Source: Paramoeba atlantica (Eukaryota > Protista > Discosea). From it: a DNA stretch of 64,000 nucleotides. The first letter of the stretch is position 1. Each line of letters starts with the position of its first letter. The translations under genes were made by a program, and so were the position numbers. The notes beneath the pieces are model-generated. The model saw nothing but the letters and a program-made list of their open reading frames with translations, did no database searches and was not told the origin of the DNA. Below, one piece after another: positions 56,701 to 64,000 of this stretch. The stretch spans positions 1,045,833-1,109,832 of the forward strand of contig CDRNVI010000002.1 in assembly GCA_977017575.1 (NCBI GenBank), given 5' to 3'.

Positions 56701-57233
56701 ATAATTTGAGCTTTCAAGATATTACAGGTGAGGTATCTTCAGATGTCTCACCTATTAAACACAGAAACGTCGGAACTCTAAAAATACGCCTTAATTTCCG
56801 CTTGAAATTTAGTGAAGATCTCGAATTGAGTCATGAATTGAAATATGATTTGAATCGAAGGTACACCGAACTTCTTGCATACCCGTGGTGGATTATTCTG
56901 GTCAACATGGAGACGAAATGCATCCATGGTTGTGAGAAAATCCGCCCCCTTCTTGTGAAATCCGACCAAAGTCTATCGCAATTATTTGTTGGTAACTCCC
57001 ACACCTCGCGTGAGGATGCGCTTTGCGTTGATTTAGATTTTCGATATACAGACTTCGTTTTTCCGGAAACACATGAAAAGCATGCGTCCCAAGTGGGAAG
57101 AAACTCATTTTATTTGAAATACGCAGAAAGTGTGAATCATAAACGGAAAAAGGGTAATCCAATACGTTTTGACATCATTGTTTCGACAACTACCTTTTCG
57201 GGTGTAACAATTTCAGTTTCATTTGCAGAATAG
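50766..57233 (+). CDS. Ski2-like tandem helicase with Sec63 domains (Brr2/SNRNP200 or ASCC3 type); second cassette degenerate
   Basis: APTGGGKT, ATPEKW, ILDEIHLL, LVGLSAT, LAWGVNLPAH and QMCGRAGRPG, plus Sec63 KVNVLLQVWISR. The second cassette has APSGCGKD and no DExH. Confidence 0.88.
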   Translation: MDLDEPFDEPHSDSDSSIEISSTLLRDPTKEDVDLHQLQLPPGAKHTQSSLVDRDNENSSPIMIETTTLPPVIAAPQDSEMPLISVDQLPLWAQPPFTEVGITTLNRVQSAVFDTVFRGTDNVLCCAPTGGGKTNVALLAILAEIAKNVSQVDRVTYPDVANLRVVYLAPMKALVQEVVQTLMTRLQPLGLTVAELSGDQHLSRSQLAKTNVIVATPEKWNIVSSKLWAETGGALSISPDISEDGDLPDSGFFSVQLLILDEIHLLHESRGGVIEAVVARTLRSIERSGIFTRLVGLSATVSNPQDVATFLRVEPANCFVFGQEYRPVPLTSHYVGVAERNPARIEPALTRLTVDRVLDRVHERQVLVFVHSRKLTLQVAHAILHTATKREMGENLWGPNACHPDPDSPLPDHKPQQEPQPTFASSHFTPDPIRAVLPQFQNPALRECVRAGVGLHHAGLTAADRTLVERLFRERKLQVLVATATLAWGVNLPAHTVLIRGTQVYRNGGWEGLGGFEVAQMCGRAGRPGLDREGEAFLLAPRVEVPRYLRALEAQVPIESQLMVQVVDLVAGEIAAGAVRCGEDMLQWLGYTYWSVRSALEPTRYGVNGGVGHFSSGMDDKMESPGKGSRIQDSDSLERDSSRNYIHVTLVRSIFLTLAQCGMIEWDLKADSEMLIRSKDALKSFSVSFCSVKELSTFLSANVHSTPVGQIASDFCISHRSLVAYFRHLQPNFTSIEIFSLFSQSNEFETLAVRPEEEEEMLRLCQEVPIPIREEYNTRAAKVNVLLQVWISRIPLENYTLFSDLVYVSQNAPRLIGALYSMACMNCWASLALELHQMRKNVELRSWHTSSPLRQIFENNLSYRSTEVGRRGFVEEHDLSAGEADVTMDAAVNKSMISLATGIPPPIFCNFSERTLRRVEGRNVPWSFFRTMDNFQAMQFCQGNEEEAHALLHVISCIPRIKIDIEVVPLTPALVQLDLELCPDFTYEAALCGSGGVGYSLVVTDVDQFHILHTEPVNFSRVAITNKVRFLFRVTLPVLAPLPYMYLVHLWCESFHGSNHVVPVELGSLVWPPALPQPFHSFPKEFENGAIVDRMLEKAIFSMKTEADVKSKRNLKSEAAGASMFFTWFRKLFPFSDFSPAQSFLSSILLHSTKSCAISAPSGCGKDSLLQMAMFRHLYEVFNDLSNSPTSPPIRKSSRVLYLFPNFTFCAKAFSDWKALYGACSPQTQQSTFSNSFTCVFSEQHSLTITCLECISRELLDLSCAENTTAILCTPQSWEILLQSISKVEIRNDFLSSFGLILVNHLEYLCTPGGPALEWGLSCLVSNLSNHSKTNGAFDENGKHHSMNKYFAPSYRVVALAEDASNIKDIGAWLGIPSENCFLLSPSARLGHRNHHISAIPRGELLSYSECIPFLCPEIVGIIKHFRTNKISKNIFLGVPSLHSGTLLLHHILYNLSQEGLIGCLLGCSQEDLKNRFRMFCDEVQHSCNLHKTTPSQVVENLWQSLLKTQIGLLSGVIILDFHGTENLFFQAAVSHEDFFSKETCVCLHVSLAHWLLELYSIRIVNLVIFPLTKVHDYLPFKRQLYSDVVVITGSERHSYPVSYGTTKRSVSQDYDWSTVQRTFSYAHPWRTQVDCYLYTTLPKKRRWESFLNGEAHIIESTLDYDFSRLLLREIALKRSIGSIQDAMNAIGSSFLCQRLATNPSYYKCKDIYLVEREEYLSDLLDSHCDALMASKCLVQEIKGQVPDRNNAAKVGLGKTLMHVIPTPIGNLAALHDISLTTLSRWEDNSLDVENYSSERMKMVVIEMLCHAFEFEDCCTESFLNATSKECAKWRALVEMVIEDQTVLHLATKMNTVVAKKVFYVIQFCLSLACFQERSEELLLDVRSDSISRGPSNMPSVLQFRDVERTLLTVHRLCVALVDLNLLHGHWTKTQCCLSLCEEIWNALSRTRFLIRKTLKDAATLTDSILLKFSEIDVNNLSFQDITGEVSSDVSPIKHRNVGTLKIRLNFRLKFSEDLELSHELKYDLNRRYTELLAYPWWIILVNMETKCIHGCEKIRPLLVKSDQSLSQLFVGNSHTSREDALCVDLDFRYTDFVFPETHEKHASQVGRNSFYLKYAESVNHKRKKGNPIRFDIIVSTTTFSGVTISVSFAE

Positions 57234-57469
57234 CAATTAGACTCTTCATGTATTTGGGCATTTTAATATTCTACCCCGCGGAAAAGGTATCCTTCCCAAT
57301 AAAGGCCGACGGAAAAAGTATTAAACATACTTTTTTTAGCATCGACCATTTTTTTGATAGTTTTGACTTCTTTTGACTTTTTCTAAGCCTTTGATCGATT
57401 CTCGTCGAAACATTTCTTTTTTAGTCTCTCCATTTAAACGCGAAGACACTTTTTCAACGTGAATCGCGC

Positions 57470-60400
57470 GTAAGTGATTCTAAGTAAAATAACCACCGTG
57501 TTTGATGAAGCGACTAAAAACAATTGGACACAATTTTCTTTTTTAGTCGCTTCGTTAAATGTTCAAAATCGAGCGCAGGGAAGTGGTAGAGTATACCGCG
57601 GCGATAATTTTCCACCCCCCCCTGGTACGCGCAGGAGGGGTCCAACAAGGTCAAATTTTCCGAAAATTTTGGGGTGACCGAAAAAAAAAAGAATTTGACC
57701 CAAAAAAAAACAAAAATATTATTTTTCCAAAATCGACTACTAAAACGTGTTTTAGGAGTTTGGGACCCCAGCTACCATTCTAAACCGGGGGACGGAATAA
57801 TATTAAGATGCGGTTTATTATTAAGTTGCGGTTTATTGCGGTGGTTGTGTAACTACCGCTCTACCCTCGATTAAAAAATAATTCGATTAAAAAAAGGTGA
57901 ACAAAAACAGTGAAAAGATAAAGAGGATCACAGTAATATACCGTGGAAACATTAATTTTTCATTTTTTAGGCTCTTCGTTAAACGCGGTGGACCTCCATG
58001 GACCCGCCCCCATGGACCCCCCATTTCTTTGAATTTTTTTTTCAGTTCTGGACCACCGGGCCCCCCCTTTTATATTTTTTTCTTCTATTATATTACTGTG
58101 TTTCTCTTTATATTTTCACTGTTTTCGTTCACTTTTTTTTCAATAATCGAGTGTAGAGCGGTAGTTATACAACCACCGCAATATTTTCACTCTTATTGTT
58201 CACATTTTTTGCAACATTATTAATAATAACTTTTTTAGGCTCTTCGTTAAACGCGGTGGTTGTTTTCAACGTAGAAGTCACTCATGCTGTGCGCTTCGCG
58301 TTGAAAACTACCACCGCGTTTAACGAAGCGCCTAAAAAAGTTATTATTAATAATGTTGAAAAAAATGTGAACAATAAGAGTGACACCTTAACGTCATCTT
58401 CTTTACGTAAGACCACGCTGATCCGCCGCGGGCTAAATCGTCGTTCCAATAGACGGATCACCTTTTCCTCAACGTCACCTTCGATTTTGTAAGCCTTGCC
58501 CTTGCGCTTCGACATCGCTTTACTGCACGCAAGATGGGCGCGCTTCTCGTGATAAACGCCTTTGAAGGTGCCCCGGGCAAGCTCCCGGCTGATTGTAGAT
58601 TGAGAGGCTTTTACCTTCCCCGCTATCTCCTCTTGAGAAAACTCTTGTTGGTTATGCAATAGTTCTATCATCGCTCGATCATCCGAATCAAGACGCGTTT
58701 TCAGTTTATTGAAGTTCGACATTGCCCGACAAAACGAGAGGAAATTAGAAAAAAATCGATTATGCATTATCAATGTGCTTATGCAATATCAATGTTCCTC
58801 ATGCAATATCAATGTGCCTTATGCATTATCAATATGCCTTATGCATTATCAATGTGTATTATGCATTATCAATTGCGGTGGTTGTAAAACTACCGCTCTA
58901 CCCTCGATTATTGCGGTGGTTGTAAAACTACCGCTCTACCCTCGATTATTCCAAAAAACGTGAACAAAAACAGTGAAAATATAAAGAGGAACACAGTAAT
59001 ATAATCCAGGCTAAAGTGGACGAGGGAGCTACTAAAGGCACCTTCGGAAAACCACCTCGAAACTGGAACGGTATCACCCGTTAAAGACCCTTTTGCCACA
59101 TCAGAATGCTCTACAAATCGGGAGATACCGTTCCAGTTTCGAGGTGGCTTTCCAAAGGTGCCTTTAGTATCTCCCTCGTCCACTTTAGCCTGGATTACAT
59201 AGCCATCCGAACATGCTCCCTAGGGCGCTTTACAGCTTCCCACCCGAGAAAGTCGTCGTCGCCGCGGCAAAATGACAGAAGACTCCGCCTTCTGCCTTTT
59301 TGCCTTGCGCCTCCTCCTTCCTCTACGGCCTTGCGTGTCACACACTTCCAGGTACATTTTGGACTTTTTAGGTGTATTACCAGAACAGGGTGGAGAAATA
59401 TCGAATGAAACCAAAGCGTATACAGGTATATCAGGCCCCAAACTCTCAAAAAACGGTCTAGGAGTTGATTTGGGAAAAATATATTTTTTCACTTTCACCC
59501 ATAAATTTTCAGTTTTTTTCGCAAAATTTCAAAAATTGCTATGATCACCCTGGTGGGGAGGTGGAGGGGGGGGCAGGGGGTACCCATCGGAATTGTTGAA
59601 AAACTAGTAATCTTGTCACTAAATTCGATTCATACGTCTTTGTAAACATTTTTTTCGAAAACTCACCTGAAACGATATCGGGCACGAAATCGGGCCACAA
59701 ATCGGGCACGGCGAATTAACCTACGGTAGCGAGGGAGTAGTATCTCCCTCAATAGAAGACAAAAATATAAAAGGGGGCTCCGGTGGTCCAAAAATGAAAA
59801 AACAAATGAAAAAGATGGGGGGTCTAGCGGGGGGGCCGTGGGGGGGGAGGGCGGCATACGTCAAGAATTTTTTTTCGAATTTTTTGCTTTTCAAAATCGA
59901 GCGCAGCGAAGTGGTAGAGTACGCCGCAGCGATAATTTCCCCCCCCCCCTGGGGGTACCCCCCCCCTGGTACCTCAAAAATTCCAAAAATTTTGGGGTGA
60001 CCAAAAAAAAGAATTTGACCCAAAAAAAAGTAAAAATTTATTTCTTCCAAAATCGACACCTAAAACGTATTTTGACAGTTTGGGACCTCAGCTACCGTTC
60101 TACAACGTTTTTTTCGACAGATGCACCTCCTGCCCCTACTGGTAAGGCGTCCAAAACGGCCCAAATTCGGGTTAAAATTTCGCAATTTTCGCCGAAAAAT
60201 CGAGCTTTTTTACCCCAAAAAATAGATTATTCATGAGCTTTTGGCGATTTTTCTTTTTTAGGCTCTTCGTTAAACGCGGTGGTAGCTTTGAACGCGAAGC
60301 GCGCAGCATGAGTAACTTCTAAGTTGAAAACAACCACCGCGTTTAACGAAGAGCCTAAAAATTGACAGATTCGCCTCCTGGCCCCTACTGGTAAGGCGTC

Positions 60401-61543
60401 CAAAACGGCCCAAATTCGGGTAAAAATTTCGCAATTTTCGCCGAAAAATCGAGCTTTTTTACCCCAAAAAATAGATAATTCATGAGCTTTTGGCGATTTT
60501 TCTTTTTTAGGCTCTTCGTTAAACGCGGTGGTAGTTTTCAAAGCGAAGACCGCAGTATGAGTGAGTTCTACGTTGAAAACAACCACCGCGTTTGACGAAG
60601 AGCCTAAAAAAGTAAAATTTAAATAATATAGTGTCATTTAAACATTGCGATGGTTGTAAAACTACCGCTCTACACTCGATTATTGAAAAAAAAGTGAACA
60701 AAAACAGTGAAAATATAAAGGGGAACACAGTAATATAATAGAAGAAAAAAATATAAAAGGGGGCTCCGGTGGACCAAAACTGAAAAAAAAAATTGAAAAA
60801 AATGGGGGGTCCAGGGGGGGGGGGTCCATGGAGGTCCACCGCGTTTGACGAAGAGCCTAAAAAAGTAAAATTTAAATAATATAGTGTCATTTAAACATTG
60901 CGATGGTTGTAAAACTACCGCTCTACACTCGATTATTGAAAAAAAAGTGAACAAAAACAGTGAAAATATAAAGGGGAACACAGTAATATAATAGAAGAAA
61001 AAAATATAAAAGGGGGCTCCGGTGGACCAAAACTGAAAAAAAAAATTGAAAAAAATGGGGGGTCCAGGGGGGGGGGTCATGGTCGAGCAAATTTTTTCGA
61101 AAAAATTAGTTTTCGAACAAAACCGCAGAAAGGGTAGCCGGGGTCTTGGCGCGCATTTTCCACACCCCTACCCGGGGGTGACCCCCCCGCGTATCCGCAG
61201 GATGGGTCCGCCGAGTTCGAACATTTTCGGAAAAAAAAAATTGAAAAAAAATTCAACTTGGCGAAAAAAATGGCAAAAAAAATATTTTTCAAAAATCGTT
61301 TCCCCTATTGTTAATTATAGTTTGGGATCTATACTAGGTTTCTCCGCAGTTGTTTTCGCAAGGTATCCCTTCTTCTAACCGTGGTGCGCCCCTCAAAATG
61401 ACCCATTTTTGACTAAAAAAGGTGAAAAAGTATTTTTCGGACCTAAAGGGCATTTTTGTGTCGAAAGAATGGTATGGTTGGAGTTGCATTCTCTACCCAA
61501 TACGTTCGGTAGGCTTCCATTCATGCCTACGAGTGATTTCCCA
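57470..61543. repeat. Modular dispersed repeat family, largest cluster, mixed orientation
   Basis: Same modules as 4.1-6.3 kb and 29.9-30.8 kb. Internal duplications at about 60590-60830 and 60838-61080. 19-bp tatgcattatcaatgtg minisatellite at 58760-58870. Confidence 0.9.
58383..58722 (-). pseudogene. IS30-family-like transposase N-terminal fragment (HTH_38)
   Basis: RLDSDDRAMIELL...SQEEIAGKVKASQSTISRELARG...VIRLLERRFSPRRISVVL...VS follows the IS30 pattern STISREL.R...SPEQI...VS. Cut off by a foldback repeat. Confidence 0.7.
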
Positions 61544-64000
61544 TGTTGTAAGTTGTGGCACTTGGATAAGTGACACTTCCTGCATCTTGTAGGTCAAAAT
61601 CAACAGCTCCATTGGTGTCTCCAAAACAAGTGATGTTGGTAGTGTTTACCACGATTAGGTCCAATACTTCTGGATCAGCAACAGTATGTGAAGTAGCAAG
61701 AACGCATCCAGTAACCACATTTCTCACTTCAAAATTATGGGTGCCTACCGCCAAACCAGTGAAACTTCCAGAAGCTTGGAAAATACCAGCTGGCAGCAAT
61801 CTAAATTCGTAGTTGGCTGGGGTGGTACCCAGAATTTGTAATAGACCCGTTGGCGGTGATGGTAATATCTTCACCAACAATACAGGTTGCCGCTGCATCT
61901 ATGGCAATACCTGCGGACAATAACTCATCAAATGGAGCAATGGTCTCTGATACGGCGCCAACACACCCATTATCATCATAGACATTAATGATATAACTTC
62001 CGCCTGCCGTGTTGGTTTCATTATAGATGTTACTTGGACCAATTTGAACCACCACATCATCTCCCGTTGGAACTGTTCCCTGATCGTTTATGAATTCGTA
62101 GATAACATAATTTCCGCTACCCCCAGTAATGGAAGCTGTGTCACTGTAATGCTTGAATTGTCCATATTATTCCCGGTAGTACATCCAAATTCCACGACTG
62201 TGGTATTGATGTTGGCCAAAACGTCTGGTTGGGTTATGGTCTGCGTTTGTGTTGAGGTACAGCCATTGGCAGCAGTGATTTTCAATTGTATAGATTATTC
62301 CCGCAGCTGTTCCTTCAAGACCCGTGAAAGAAGCTGTAGTAGTAGTATTGCCGGTTGGAGCAATTGGGAAAACAGCAGAGCTTCCTGGCCCAGAAATAAT
62401 TTCGAAGGTAAAAGGCCCAGTACCGTTGTCCACCGCGGCAACATCAATTGTTCCGTCATCATTCCCATTACAGGTCACGTCAGAAGTGGAGGTAATGTTG
62501 AATGCGGGCATAACAACTGGAGGAACCGTGATATTAAACACCCGGGAACAAGTTGGGTTTGTAAAATTGTCAAAAACTGTTATAGTATAGTCTTCAGGAG
62601 TGGAAGTAGTGAAAACAATGGGTTACTTGGCATTACTGTTCTGCTCACTATAACACCACCGGTATCCGAAACCTCATAGTGGAAACTACCTGACCCGGAC
62701 AATGCCTCAATGGTAATTTCAGCGTCGGGGGAAACGGAACAATCCAATAATTTTTGTAAGTGAAACATCAGCTTCAAGAAACGGATGTACGGTAACCGCA
62801 CTTGCATCGGTACAGCCATTACTGTCTCTAATGGAAACAGAGTAAATTCCGGGCGACACATTCGTGAATACCCCCCCGTTGTCATAGTAATTGGCCCCTC
62901 CATCTAGGGAGTAAAATATTTGAGCCGCTCCACTAGTGGCAGTTATAGTAACTGTAGCAGGGTTACTACAATTGTCTATGCTCAAACCTGTAATGTTTGG
63001 ATTGGGTGTCAAGGTCAAGGCTACAGTGCCCAAAGGCGTTGAACACCCATACTGATCTTCAATGGTAACGTCGTAGTTCCCTGCAGGAGAATTTGCTGGA
63101 ATCTCAACAGGATTGTCCGAAGTAGAGGTAATGGTTACAAACGGCGCTGGTCCGGTTACGGTATAGGTGTAAGTTCCACCTCCACCTAGAGGGCTCTGGA
63201 CCTGTATCAACCCGGGGTTGTCACAGCTAATATTCTGTAGACAACTGGGGTTCCTGTTAAGGGGTCCAATTCGTCCAGAAATTCGTTTTCAGTAGCACCA
63301 ACACAGCTGTCAACACCACCATCAACTTCAACGACTTCAATGAAGTAGTTTCCAGATGCAAGGCTATTTACGGTTACATCCTGAGGAGAGGTGTAAGGCA
63401 CATTTCCTCCGCTATTGGCAACAGCAACTGGGACACCGGTGCTCATATCATAAACCGTCCATCTGAACTCCGTTCCGAAGGGAGCCTGGTTGTCGGTAAC
63501 TGTATAGGTAATACTTCCATTGCTTGCGCCATCACATGATGGTGTAATTGCAGAGGTAATTTCTAAAGGAATCGCTATTAAGTCGTTTACATTGACGCTA
63601 CTTTCCCTAACACATCCCGCAAAATCCCTAACGTAGAAGGTGTATGTTCTACCTGGTACCAAGCCAACAAACGTGTGGGTGATGCCCAGAGCTAGTGGGG
63701 CAGTCCACGCTGCCGTGGCTGGGTTAAAGTTGGCCGGGTCATCCGAGTAGGCATATTCATAGGGTGCAGTACCGTTTTGTCCTCTTACAGTTACCTGAAG
63801 TTCGTTACAATTGACCACAATGGGCAAAATGGTAATATCCAAGTCATCCAAAGGATAGGGAATGATAAATGGAGGGAAATCTGTTTGACACACCGTATTT
63901 CCAAAACCGTCCACAGTTCTCATGGATGGGTTTACAACATTACCAGAGGCATATCCTGTAAAGCGATCTGTAGTTTCCGGGAATACTATTGTCTCCGGTC
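61544..64000 (-). pseudogene. Frameshifted fragment of a Bacteroidota (Flavobacteriaceae-type) SprB-repeat / T9SS adhesin-like gene
   Basis: Successive minus-strand ORFs with ITPSCDGASNGSITY, GGTYTYTV, YSLDGG..Y...VFTNVSPGIY and NITCFGDTNG repeats. Abrupt junction inside a host repeat at ~61543. Confidence 0.8.

Overview
Eukaryotic, intron-free kinetoplastid DNA. An end-to-end KRET2 RNA-editing TUTase orthologue is present, and all ~20 host genes lie on the + strand like one polycistronic unit. The expanded plant-cap LRR family and Merlin transposons suggest, by inference only, a Perkinsela-like endosymbiont lineage. Host genes: six LRR proteins, oligopeptidase B, enoyl-CoA isomerase, a BRE1-like RING protein, KRET2, RAD54-like, pescadillo, SMYD-type SET, DnaJ, a nucleotide-sugar transporter, a P-loop protein, a Brr2/ASCC3-type helicase and hypotheticals. 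Between them sit diverse mobile elements: three Merlin (IS1595-like) copies (one complete with TIRs and 8-bp TSD), a pogo-like DDE relic with a nested Tc1-like element, three TA-flanked MITEs, a non-LTR RT relic, an IS30-like transposase N-terminus and a modular foldback repeat family. The most striking unexplained signal is 9-10 GC-rich islands inside ORFs where the top strand flips from C-rich to G-rich, an origin-like skew polarity. The last ~2.45 kb is a frameshifted Bacteroidota SprB-like adhesin fragment, probably a chimeric join. All protein calls are motif recognition by eye; no searches were run.
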